In this document: one piece after another, positions 19,965 through 28,786 of the stretch
Layout: every line of letters begins with the position of its first letter
Numbering within the stretch: position 1 is the first letter of the stretch
Assembly (NCBI GenBank): GCA_964561085.1
Contig: CAZLNP010000003.1
Location: 7,351-71,350 of the forward strand
Direction: 5' to 3'
DNA from: an uncultured Candidatus Saccharibacteria bacterium
GTDB taxonomy: Bacteria > Patescibacteriota > Doudnabacteria > UBA920
DNA length: 64,000 nt
Made by a program: the position numbers and the translations under genes
Notes under the pieces: generated by a model
What the model saw: only the letters and a program-made list of their open reading frames with translations
The model's database searches: none
Told to the model about the DNA's origin: nothing

Positions 19965-21578
19965 TTATAAACCACTCTCTTCGCTTGATTCTGTTTCTGT
20001 GGTTGGCAATGGAGCGATTGGTTTCATTTGAGGGGTTTTCAAACAGACGTTTTGCTCAGCGATAACACCAATTCCCCCGCTTTCAGAAGCACCACCACTA
20101 ATTGGTGTAAATACAAATTTATTTACCATATTTTCTACGACACTTGAAACCAGCTGACCAACAAAGTTTTCTGTATTGTTTGTACCCAAATTGATAGTTC
20201 CAGAAATTGCAGCCTCTTGAACGTTAAAGATTGAAGACATGGTCTTGCTAATCTGTCCGTTAACTAAATCGCGGCCAGTCTTTAAACCAGGGCTGATAAC
20301 TTCTTTAGTAGCTGCTGACTCAGCTTGTTGTTGAGTAGTAGCTGCCAAAGTTGTGTAATAATCTTCCCACCAGTTAGCGTAATTCTTTTCGTCTCCACCT
20401 AATCTAGCTAATTTCTGCAAGAACTGCGGATCTGATGGATCAATTACAATGTCTGTCCCTTGGTTCGCATTAGCTTTCGCTGTAAAAATCTTTTTTAGCT
20501 CCTCTGGTTTTGTATCTAAGCAGAAGTATTGAGGTAAGAATTTCTGAATAATGTCTTGATCTAGTGGGTCAGAAACGAACTTCTTCATATACTCAACCGA
20601 GTAGTAACGTCCTAAGTCTTGAGAATAGTAAAGCTGACTGGCAATGGCAAAGTTCTTTTCGATGTGAGCTACAAGTTTATCTAACATCTGCGTAGCAAAC
20701 TGAGCAAAAGCCCTAGCTAAACCAGCTTTCACTCCTTCTAGAATGGCAGCCTTAATATCGATAACATTTGAAAAACCAATTTGAGCGTGGGCAGTTTTGA
20801 TTAAACCAAAGCTGTTAATTAAGCCAGCTTCTGAGTCAGCTAAATCTTCTGACATCGGTACATTCAAAGCGTATTTTTGAGAGAGTTTATTTAGCTCTAC
20901 ATCTGCTGCGGCTAAGCGGCTGTCTATAACAGAGTACTGTCCATACACCGTAGGCCACGGGTCAGTAGTAGTTCCTTTGGCGTAGCTAGCGGCAGTATTT
21001 AAGAAAGAGCCGTATGTTTGATACGCCACCAAATATGCCTTGTGCATTTCTACAGCGTCCTTTGGTACTGGTAAGCCGCGGATATTATCTGCGAGAGCCT
21101 TGGTGCTTGTAGCGGCTGTAGTGATAGTGTTAGCATCTGAGTTGTCACCAAAAATCTGATTCACGGCTGGCCTTGATTCTTGATTATAGTTATTGATCAT
21201 TGAACCTAAACGGCTAACGTAATCAACGACTTCAGCTCTGTCACCACGCGGCGCAATAGTTAAATCTGCAGTTGCCACTACTGGCACAACTACTCTTTGA
21301 TTAACGTTTAAGGCGGTCTCAACTTCTTCGCGAACAATATCTTCTGAAGCAATCTTCTTTAAAAGTTGTTGACTAGCCTCATAGTCAGGCGAGACGCTAT
21401 CGAGCATTGCCTGATACTGCTGAGCTTCTTGCTGTGCTAATTTTCTTTGAGCCTCATAATCTGTTTGATCTTTGAAAATCAAACTGCCGGGATTGAAAGC
21501 AGTAATACCAATTAAAGCAACTACCATCAATAAGATAGCTCCCAAAAGGTATGTACGTGGAATATTTGATATGTTCAT
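19965..21578 (-). CDS. Membrane-anchored exported hypothetical protein
   Basis: 537-aa ORF, N-terminal TM helix, helical polar body, no recognised family. Confidence 0.75.
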   Translation of the reverse strand: MNISNIPRTYLLGAILLMVVALIGITAFNPGSLIFKDQTDYEAQRKLAQQEAQQYQAMLDSVSPDYEASQQLLKKIASEDIVREEVETALNVNQRVVVPVVATADLTIAPRGDRAEVVDYVSRLGSMINNYNQESRPAVNQIFGDNSDANTITTAATSTKALADNIRGLPVPKDAVEMHKAYLVAYQTYGSFLNTAASYAKGTTTDPWPTVYGQYSVIDSRLAAADVELNKLSQKYALNVPMSEDLADSEAGLINSFGLIKTAHAQIGFSNVIDIKAAILEGVKAGLARAFAQFATQMLDKLVAHIEKNFAIASQLYYSQDLGRYYSVEYMKKFVSDPLDQDIIQKFLPQYFCLDTKPEELKKIFTAKANANQGTDIVIDPSDPQFLQKLARLGGDEKNYANWWEDYYTTLAATTQQQAESAATKEVISPGLKTGRDLVNGQISKTMSSIFNVQEAAISGTINLGTNNTENFVGQLVSSVVENMVNKFVFTPISGGASESGGIGVIAEQNVCLKTPQMKPIAPLPTTETESSEESGL

Positions 21579-21638
21579 GTTTTTGTTTGAAATTTGTTTT
21601 AAATTTTTATTTATTTTTATATCAATATATCAACTTCA

Positions 21639-23282
21639 TTACTCAACTAGTTCGCCGCCAAAAACTTTTAAAGCGTCACTGAGTGCATCAACAGTTTGAG
21701 AAATAGCTGGTTCACGAATATCGTTTTTGATAACCGCTCTAATGGAAAGCTTCTTTCCACATACAGCCTGAATTGATTCCATTATCATCGCGGCGTGCTT
21801 TTTGTTGTCTATATGTTCTTTGTGGAAAAGATACTTCACCGCTATGGTAATTTTACCATCATTTACCTCAATTATGGGAGAATTTTTCAACAACGTCGCA
21901 ATTGGACTATTCCCGGTTTTTACGTGGCTAACTATGTCTGGCCACCAATTTTGAATTTCCTCCATGGTTACGGCTCTATCATCTTCTATGGCATCTTCTA
22001 TGGCATCTTCAGTGGCCATGACTACATTTTCTTCTGTATGGGCTAGTTCTGTAGCAGATGCACTAATTACAGGTTCTTCATATTTTGCTACAGATTTAGT
22101 TTCAGATTTAGTTTCTGACTTTGCTTCAGGAGCTTTTTTTGCTGCCGGCACAACTGCAGGAGCTGGTGCTGAAGCAGAGTTAGATGCAGATTGAGTTAAT
22201 CCAAACATGCTTGCTTCAATAGCGGCTAGCAAAAGCGGTAGTTCTGGCAAAGCGGCGTTAGATAGTTCTTTGTAAGATCTTAGAAATAACCGAATTATCA
22301 ACAACAGCTGTGGTAATGCCAAATTCCCAACTTGGTTCGTAAAAGCTAGGCGCTGAGCATCTGTTTGCATGCCATGTATATTTGCATCGGTATTGCCAGT
22401 TAATTTGGCAGTCAAAAGTAAACGCAAGTATTCTAAAACACTCCTATTAAACACAGCAGGATCGGCGCCTGAAGAGAAAGTGGCATCGAAAAAATCTGGC
22501 AAAGCTGATGATTCTTTTGCCACAATTTTATCTACTAGCTCTTGGACGGATTCTAATGGAGTAACTCCTAGAAGGCGCTGTGCATCTTCTAGGGCAATAT
22601 TTGTGCCCAAAGACGATATCATGTCCAAACGTGATAGCGCATCTCGCATACTGCCTTCTGATTGAGCAATCACCGCTTCAATGACTCCATCTGCTAATTT
22701 CATTTTTTGCTCTTTAGCAACATTAGCTAAAGTGTCAGCCATGGCGCTGGAAGCAATGCGTTTAAAATCAAACTTCTGCGTTCTGGAAGCAATTGTGTCT
22801 GGCACTTTTTCAATATCTGTTGTTGCCAGAATAAACATGGCATGTGCCGGAGGTTCTTCCAAAGTTTTCAAAAGCGCGTTAAAAGCCGGCTTCGAAAGCA
22901 TGTGAACTTCATCAATGATGAACACTTTCATTTTCAAGCTAGTCGGTCTAAATTGAGCGTGTTCAATAAGCTCGCGGACGTTGTCTACGCCAGTGTGAGA
23001 AGCGGCATCAATTTCAATCACATCTAAAGATGACCCATTGGCAATGTTAGTGCAAACTTCGCACTTTCCGCATGGATTGCCATCTTTTAATTTTAGGCAA
23101 TTCGCAGCCTTCGAAAGCAAGCGGGCGATGGTTGTTTTGCCCACTCCCCGACTGCCTGTAAACAAATACGCATGGGCTAATTCCCCTGCGTTTGCAGCAT
23201 TCTTAAGCGTTTGGACGATAGGATCCTGACCAACCACTTCCGCAAAGGTTTGCGGCCGATATTTCTGATAGAGTACTGCCAT
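21639..23282 (-). CDS. dnaX: DNA polymerase III subunit gamma/tau
   Basis: LYQKYRP, GSRGVGKTT, Cys zinc module, EIDAAS, IDEVHML and LLKTLEEPP motifs. Confidence 0.97.
   Translation of the reverse strand: MAVLYQKYRPQTFAEVVGQDPIVQTLKNAANAGELAHAYLFTGSRGVGKTTIARLLSKAANCLKLKDGNPCGKCEVCTNIANGSSLDVIEIDAASHTGVDNVRELIEHAQFRPTSLKMKVFIIDEVHMLSKPAFNALLKTLEEPPAHAMFILATTDIEKVPDTIASRTQKFDFKRIASSAMADTLANVAKEQKMKLADGVIEAVIAQSEGSMRDALSRLDMISSLGTNIALEDAQRLLGVTPLESVQELVDKIVAKESSALPDFFDATFSSGADPAVFNRSVLEYLRLLLTAKLTGNTDANIHGMQTDAQRLAFTNQVGNLALPQLLLIIRLFLRSYKELSNAALPELPLLLAAIEASMFGLTQSASNSASAPAPAVVPAAKKAPEAKSETKSETKSVAKYEEPVISASATELAHTEENVVMATEDAIEDAIEDDRAVTMEEIQNWWPDIVSHVKTGNSPIATLLKNSPIIEVNDGKITIAVKYLFHKEHIDNKKHAAMIMESIQAVCGKKLSIRAVIKNDIREPAISQTVDALSDALKVFGGELVE
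21980..22114. repeat. Two short in-frame 12-bp tandem repeats in the dnaX linker
   Basis: (CATCTTCTATGG)x2.5 at 21980-22010 encoding EDAI repeats; (CAGATTTAGTTT)x2 at 22091-22114 encoding KSET repeats. Confidence 0.8.
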
Positions 23283-23374
23283 AATATAGTCATTATAACA
23301 CAGCCAAAACCAGTCTTAAACTTGAGTAAAATTTGATGTTTTCTTGAGTATTGAGTTGTTATGATAATTTTAGT

Positions 23375-23447
23375 GGGCCCAGTCCTGGTCGGCAAAGCAA
23401 CCCTAGTCACGCTTGCTTTTGGGGTTCAATCCCCCATGGGTCCACCA
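23375..23447 (+). ncRNA. 73-nt tRNA-Ala-like RNA resembling an isolated tmRNA tRNA-like domain
   Basis: Acceptor GGGCCCA/TGGGTCC with G3:U pair, A discriminator and encoded CCA; T-arm TGGGG-TTCAATC-CCCCA; no D-stem; 7-bp AAAGCAA/TTGCTTT stem with 12-nt loop instead of a canonical anticodon arm. Confidence 0.75.
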
Positions 23448-23450
23448 AAT

Positions 23451-23478
23451 TTGACAGTTATCAGAATTTTGATATAAT
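23451..23478 (+). promoter_or_regulatory. Sigma70-type promoter for a short downstream transcript
   Basis: TTGACA-16nt-TATAAT with extended -10 TG. Confidence 0.7.
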
Positions 23479-23484
23479 TATCTT

Positions 23485-23558
23485 AATGACTAGGGTTGCT
23501 ATGAGTCCTCCAATAGGACAAGGCGACAAAAAAAACCGCTCCTCTCGGAGCGGTTTTT
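23485..23558 (+). ncRNA. Candidate ~75-nt small RNA complementary to the upstream tRNA-like RNA
   Basis: Lies between a promoter and a terminator; 23487-23500 is the exact reverse complement of 23396-23409; internal hairpin GTCCT-CCAAT-AGGAC. Confidence 0.5.
23531..23558. terminator. Bidirectional intrinsic terminator
   Basis: AAAAACCGCTCC-TCTC-GGAGCGGTTTTT. Confidence 0.85.
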
Positions 23559-23601
23559 GATTATGATTAATCACCAAATGATTATGAACTTGTTAGCTTA
23601 A

Positions 23602-24267
23602 TTAGCGCTTAAACACGATCAGTTTGTAAGCGATGAAGTTCCACACTAATGAGAATGCAGTTGCACAAATCTTCGCTACATTTTTAATAGTATCTGCATT
23701 AACCATGAATTCAAGGTATGGGGTAATAAAGTTTGAAGCGATTACAACAATAACACTATTAATTAACAAACCGACCAAACTAACAACTACAAAAGTCGCG
23801 AATTGAGTGCTGGCTCCAGATTTAGCGTTTAGCCTTAAACCAAAAGCAATCCATAGGCACAGCTGAACCAATACGAACGCACCTAGAACAAGCAAGAAGT
23901 AAGTGTTTATGCCATCGTAAGCAGCACCAATGAATACCGCCAAGAATGCAGCTAAACCTAAACCACCAACTGTAAACAAACGAACGGCGTTTTGGAACAA
24001 GCTCACATTGCTAGCTTCAGCAAAAGCCCACGCCCTATTCCAGAAATAACTTTGGATTATGGCAGCGGTAAAGCTGATCACATTCAAAATTCCTAGAGTA
24101 ACGCCAGAAGTAACATCGAAAGACTTAGTAACATAATTTAGGATTACGAAATCTAGGGCAGTGTTTAAACTACCGATAGCAGCAAACCTTAAAAGCTGAA
24201 TAATAACCGGACGACTGCGAAGAAGTCCAGTAATCTTATTATTCAGCAATAGTGCAAGTTGATTCAC
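23602..24267 (-). CDS. GtrA-family protein (tandem GtrA-like modules)
   Basis: QLLRFAAIGSLNTALDF, SYFWNRAWAF and WNFIAYKLIVF motifs. Confidence 0.88.
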   Translation of the reverse strand: MNQLALLLNNKITGLLRSRPVIIQLLRFAAIGSLNTALDFVILNYVTKSFDVTSGVTLGILNVISFTAAIIQSYFWNRAWAFAEASNVSLFQNAVRLFTVGGLGLAAFLAVFIGAAYDGINTYFLLVLGAFVLVQLCLWIAFGLRLNAKSGASTQFATFVVVSLVGLLINSVIVVIASNFITPYLEFMVNADTIKNVAKICATAFSLVWNFIAYKLIVFKR

Positions 24268-24304
24268 TAAAGTTTTATTAAAAATTAAGTTTTTATTGAG
24301 AAAA

Positions 24305-24961
24305 TTAGAACTCTTCTGACTCAGCAGAAGGAGAAGCTTCCATATCTTGATCCATCTGAGGTGCTGCGCTATTACCTAGGTCATCCCCTGCTTCAGCATC
24401 CATATGACCTTCGCCACGCTTGATAACATGTTCAACAGCAGCCCATTCAGATTCAATATCTTGAGGCAATACAATAGTCACTTCATCACCTGCATCAGCT
24501 TTAAAGTACGTCAAAGATGCAAGTAAAACTTTGTATGTCTTGCCATCAGCAATTACTTTGTAATCGCCTTTTTCGTCTTGCATCAAGAGACCCATTACTT
24601 TACGGCGTTCAACAGGACCAATTTGTTTGTAAATGAAAGAGCCGTCTTCTGCAATAGTCAATTTAAGAACATCACCTTCTACTAGTTTGCTCTTTGATGC
24701 ATAGTTAGCAGGTACTGGATATTGCTTACCTTCTGGACCAATCATGTTTTGACCATCGAATACACCTTCAATAACTTTATCGCCTTCTCCGCCTCCAGAT
24801 AGACCGTTGGCCTTTTCAAAGATAGCAGCACTAGTTGCATGTCGACTAGAACTACTAGAAGCACCGCCGGCTTCCCGAAGTAATTGTTTTGCGGATTGTA
24901 TATTTTTTTCTGCAGCGTCGATCATCTGCATGACCAAAGCCAAATTAGCAGTTTTGTCCAT
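24305..24961 (-). CDS. Conserved hypothetical protein typical of CPR genomes
   Basis: IEGVFDGQNMIGPEGKQYPVPANYASKSKLVEGD motif recalled from CPR proteins; acidic tail; function unknown. Confidence 0.75.
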   Translation of the reverse strand: MDKTANLALVMQMIDAAEKNIQSAKQLLREAGGASSSSSRHATSAAIFEKANGLSGGGEGDKVIEGVFDGQNMIGPEGKQYPVPANYASKSKLVEGDVLKLTIAEDGSFIYKQIGPVERRKVMGLLMQDEKGDYKVIADGKTYKVLLASLTYFKADAGDEVTIVLPQDIESEWAAVEHVIKRGEGHMDAEAGDDLGNSAAPQMDQDMEASPSAESEEF

Positions 24962-25043
24962 AATTTAATTTATTTTTGTTTGGGTTTCGATAAAAGCTTA
25001 TCGCTAAAAAGATTATAGCATATTTGGCGAGAATGGCAAGTGG

Positions 25044-27257
25044 CTACTTTAGAACTGAAAAGATTGTTATTCCATTATTAGAATAAGCCTTTTTGAAATA
25101 CTGACTATCAATATCTCCTAATTCAATGTAACTTAATAGTTCGGGATTTCTATTATCTTCAATAAACAAGTAGGATGAGTTAAAATCACTTCCTATTAGT
25201 TTATTTAAATACTCCACTGATTCCCACTTTGTAGAGTCTTCTCCGTTAATTATAATCCATTTATCATACATCGAAGGATCCCTAATATACATAAAAGTAG
25301 GATCCATTCCTAAGATATAATGGTTATGATGATTCCAAAAAAACAGTTGCGGAAATTGATCCCATTGAGAGTTATATACAATAGATCCAGGATCTGTATT
25401 CTTTACCATCCACTCAGCTGAGGCGCTAAATGGCAAAGTGCTAGGGGCACTTCTTAAAGACCTATACGTATTTAATCCATTCCAACCAAAGAAAGAGATA
25501 GTTGCAACTACTAATAGCATTAATGCAAGCCTGAATTCCCAAATAGACTTCCATGTTTTTTTAAACGCTGAGAAAGTTATATTCCTTACGTAAGGTTGTA
25601 AGGTATATGCGATCGCCAATGTTGCGGCTGGTATTGCATATTCTACATACCGCTTGCTTTTAAAGCTCATTATAAAAGTAAGGGCGCTAATACCAAAGAT
25701 CCACCACCCAGAGTGTTTATTGTCCTTAGCTTCTCTAAATTTAGCCCAAATTAATATAGAGGCGATGGCCAATAGCAATATAACTCCATTTACAGATATA
25801 TAACCACTGAAGGAGTAAGGGTATATTTCATTCCCAACTCCTACTTTATCTAATATCGAGGTGAATTGAGTGTGATAAATTTGGACAAAAGTAAGGTATA
25901 TATTATCTGGGTAAAAAGGATGAGTTAAAAGCCCGATGCAATATCCTAAAAACAGATATATAGATGGTTTCCAAATTAATTTACGTTCTACAACCGACTG
26001 AACCAAGGAGTACAATCCCACCATAGGTATTAGCAATACAGCCCCTACATTGTTTAATAAAAATAAAGCTCCTACTACGATTAACCATAAAAATTTTCGT
26101 TTGTATAAAAGGACATATGTAGCGAGGAAAAAAACTAAATTGATAGTGAGTGGGCGGCCTAAAGCTAAGCGGAAGAAAAAATCTTGAGACCCAAATAGTA
26201 ATAGCAAAGTCCAGAAAGGCCTCCATATTATATCTAATGCCTTAAGCGATTTAACGAAGGCAACTAAAAATATTCCGATAAATAATACGTTAGAAATCTG
26301 AGCTGCAACTAACAAATCCTTAAAATATGTAAGCGGAAGTTGTAACATATGGAATAGCCACCATAAATCAACTGACTTATCATTTGGAAAGGTATATTGA
26401 AGCCAAGGGAAATTAGTAACTTCACTCCACGGTAGGATTCTATACAAATATGAATATTTAATATGGAGATATAAATCATCGCCTCCTGGTAAGTAATCTT
26501 GAGAAAAGATTACATATACTAACCCAATAAAAATTCCGAAATAAACTAGGCCAGCGTAAATAAAACTCGCGTCAATTTGCTCATATTTCTGTTGGAAAAA
26601 TAATTTAAATAGATTGCAAGTATTTTTTACACCATCGTTTTTAATAGATAGCTTACTTACTCCTAACCTTTCTTTTACAGTGATGGGTATTTCCTCATAT
26701 CCTCCCAAACTTTTCATTTTTATTTTCAATTCCTGAGAAAAGGACATTCCTTCTGAATTAACTTTAATGCGCTTGAACTTAGAAGACCTTAATGCCCACA
26801 TTCCAGACTGTGTATCAGTAATTCCTTTACCAAATAATATTCTTGCAATTAAAAAGAAAATTAGATTACCTATATATCTCATCCAAATCAAATCACTAGG
26901 CTTACCAAAATTGGGCATTCTGTTACCTACTACGAGGTTTTTATTATTTTTCACTAGACTCTCAACCAGAACTGAAGTCTGAGCTGGATCATGTTGACCA
27001 TCGCCATCCAAGCCTATAATAATATCACCCACAGCTTTAGCTAAACCAGCTTTGTAAGCATTCCCATAACCAATTCTACTCTCGGTAACAACCACAACCC
27101 TATCTCCTTTAGCCCTATTTGCCGTATCATCCGTCGAGTTGTTATCAACAATTATTATCTCATCTACCATAGCAGGCATGGCTTGGATAACCTTTTGAAT
27201 ACTTTCCGCCTCGTTAAGGCATGGGATTACTGCAGATATTTTATAGTTTTGATACAT
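25044..27257 (-). CDS. GT2 (DPM1/GtrB-like) glycosyltransferase fused to a multi-TM GT-C-like domain
   Basis: N-terminal VIPCLNE, VDNNSTD, DGDGQH and DTQSG; then DD-containing first loop, ~10 TM helices and a soluble C-terminal domain. Confidence 0.82.
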   Translation of the reverse strand: MYQNYKISAVIPCLNEAESIQKVIQAMPAMVDEIIIVDNNSTDDTANRAKGDRVVVVTESRIGYGNAYKAGLAKAVGDIIIGLDGDGQHDPAQTSVLVESLVKNNKNLVVGNRMPNFGKPSDLIWMRYIGNLIFFLIARILFGKGITDTQSGMWALRSSKFKRIKVNSEGMSFSQELKIKMKSLGGYEEIPITVKERLGVSKLSIKNDGVKNTCNLFKLFFQQKYEQIDASFIYAGLVYFGIFIGLVYVIFSQDYLPGGDDLYLHIKYSYLYRILPWSEVTNFPWLQYTFPNDKSVDLWWLFHMLQLPLTYFKDLLVAAQISNVLFIGIFLVAFVKSLKALDIIWRPFWTLLLLFGSQDFFFRLALGRPLTINLVFFLATYVLLYKRKFLWLIVVGALFLLNNVGAVLLIPMVGLYSLVQSVVERKLIWKPSIYLFLGYCIGLLTHPFYPDNIYLTFVQIYHTQFTSILDKVGVGNEIYPYSFSGYISVNGVILLLAIASILIWAKFREAKDNKHSGWWIFGISALTFIMSFKSKRYVEYAIPAATLAIAYTLQPYVRNITFSAFKKTWKSIWEFRLALMLLVVATISFFGWNGLNTYRSLRSAPSTLPFSASAEWMVKNTDPGSIVYNSQWDQFPQLFFWNHHNHYILGMDPTFMYIRDPSMYDKWIIINGEDSTKWESVEYLNKLIGSDFNSSYLFIEDNRNPELLSYIELGDIDSQYFKKAYSNNGITIFSVLK

Positions 27258-27272
27258 ATCCCAAATTATAAC

Positions 27273-27313
27273 AAAAAAAATAGAGGCGTCTGTTTAAATA
27301 ACAAACGCCTCTA
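27273..27313 (-). terminator. Intrinsic terminator ending the left arm of the island
   Basis: Minus strand TAGAGGCGTTTGTT-loop-AACAGACGCCTCTA followed by a T run. Confidence 0.8.
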
Positions 27314-27345
27314 AGTAATTTACCCAGATAAAGCAGTATTGACTA

Positions 27346-28770
27346 CTAAATTACCTGAATATCCAAATCAAGTCCTCCTTGATTATTAGCAAACCATTCG
27401 GCATGCGAACCTTTGCTGTCCGCAGCCATGTCATTAACTGCCAGATAGAGTTCACCATCTTGAGTGGCAGTTAGAACCTGTTCGGCACCGACTAAACTCC
27501 AACTTTGATCGGAGATAGAAGGTGATGAACTGCTGATACGCCCAGCTAAAGCCATGAACGACTGTCCGGCAGGCAAAGGACCTTTTCTTCCAACGTTGAA
27601 AGAAGGTGAATTTTGCCAGCCATTAGCGCCGACCCATTTGTAAGATAGGTCGTTTTTTGTAGCTTCGCTTGAAGCGTTCACCGATCCGTTCGCACGGATA
27701 CGCACTTGTTGACCTTTCTTCAGACGAATACCAGTCGGAAAAATTCCCGAAGCAGCCATCTTAAGATTGGTGCTGGTTACGCCGTCCCATTTGGGATCGA
27801 CGGATACATTGTTGTCTGATTTCGGACTAGTGGTGGAGGTCGAGCCGCCATTGCATATTTGAGTAAATCGACACGGCGCATAATACGTTTTGGTCGATTT
27901 CGCATATAAGCCGTATTGATCCGGCAATTGCACCTCAAACATCTGCTCGCCTTCTGCACTAAACAGTGGCATTTTAGGATTTCTTGCTTTGATTTCTTGA
28001 GTCGTAGGAATGACCCAATTAATCATTGCACCGTTTGCATCAACGACTTGAACGTAATCCCAACTCACCACTTCTTTACCATCAGACATTGTTGTCGTGC
28101 GATCAAAAAGTGGTAATGGTTTTATCGGCTTTGTCGTAACAAAACGGGCATCTTCTTCAACGCCAGCAGCGTAGACATTCTGTTTAGTGTCCGCGAGGTC
28201 AAACCAAGCGGCTAACAAACGAGTTTGTGTCGGAGCTACTATTGGAAATGCGATCGATGCCCCATAGACCATCACTAATATCGTGGAGATAATTAGGATA
28301 GCCCGAGGGACTTGCAAAGGGTTAACTTGAGTCATGCCGCCCCAGGCCCACCAGATAATAATCAGGCAGACTCCGAGAAACAACATCAATCCAGCCGCGC
28401 CCGCGAATGCAGACTTAGACGTATACCAGAGAATGGGGATGAAGGCGAAGATCATTGCAATCAAACCCAAACCATACGCCGGCGAAAAGTTTTCCTTCTT
28501 AAGAAAGAATCTCTTGGACGAATTGATAAACAGAAACGTTCCAAGAGCAGTCAATGATATGGCGCACGAGAACACCGATACGATAACACCGTTACCGGAA
28601 ATGAACCCGATCATCAAGCCAAGGAAAAGGAGACCATAGAAGATAGCCAAATTCCTAAGCCATTTGATCGCCATACCAGCGTAAATTTTCCGATCTCTGT
28701 ATACGGCGCTTGCGCCGCGTAACAAGAGACTAAAGATGAGTGCGATTGCGGAACCGAGTGCTGTGAACAT
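27346..28770 (-). CDS. Polytopic membrane protein with C-terminal LecA/PA-IL-like beta-sandwich domain
   Basis: GGAG SD before ATG 28770; ~6 TM helices, Ser/Thr linker, then TGIRLKKGQQVRIRANG...ALAGRI...GELYLAVND...NNQG. Confidence 0.65.
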   Translation of the reverse strand: MFTALGSAIALIFSLLLRGASAVYRDRKIYAGMAIKWLRNLAIFYGLLFLGLMIGFISGNGVIVSVFSCAISLTALGTFLFINSSKRFFLKKENFSPAYGLGLIAMIFAFIPILWYTSKSAFAGAAGLMLFLGVCLIIIWWAWGGMTQVNPLQVPRAILIISTILVMVYGASIAFPIVAPTQTRLLAAWFDLADTKQNVYAAGVEEDARFVTTKPIKPLPLFDRTTTMSDGKEVVSWDYVQVVDANGAMINWVIPTTQEIKARNPKMPLFSAEGEQMFEVQLPDQYGLYAKSTKTYYAPCRFTQICNGGSTSTTSPKSDNNVSVDPKWDGVTSTNLKMAASGIFPTGIRLKKGQQVRIRANGSVNASSEATKNDLSYKWVGANGWQNSPSFNVGRKGPLPAGQSFMALAGRISSSSPSISDQSWSLVGAEQVLTATQDGELYLAVNDMAADSKGSHAEWFANNQGGLDLDIQVI

Positions 28771-28786
28771 TTTATTTTTTTCTCCA

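Noticed and set aside
23375-23447. Canonical or suppressor tRNA (CTA, TCA, TAG or CAC triplets in the loop), or SRP RNA near dnaX
   Set aside because: No D-stem and no 5-bp stem with a 7-nt U33 loop, so no anticodon can be assigned; it lacks the SRP GNRA-capped domain IV motif and instead has a T-arm and CCA.
23177-23560. ORFs 23177..23410 (-) and 23351..23560 (+)
   Set aside because: They overlap dnaX, the RNA gene and a terminator; their shared MTRVA sequence only reflects the 14-bp inverted repeat.
24305-24961. Ribosomal protein L7/L12 label sometimes attached to this family
   Set aside because: No L7/L12 C-terminal domain motifs; left as conserved hypothetical.
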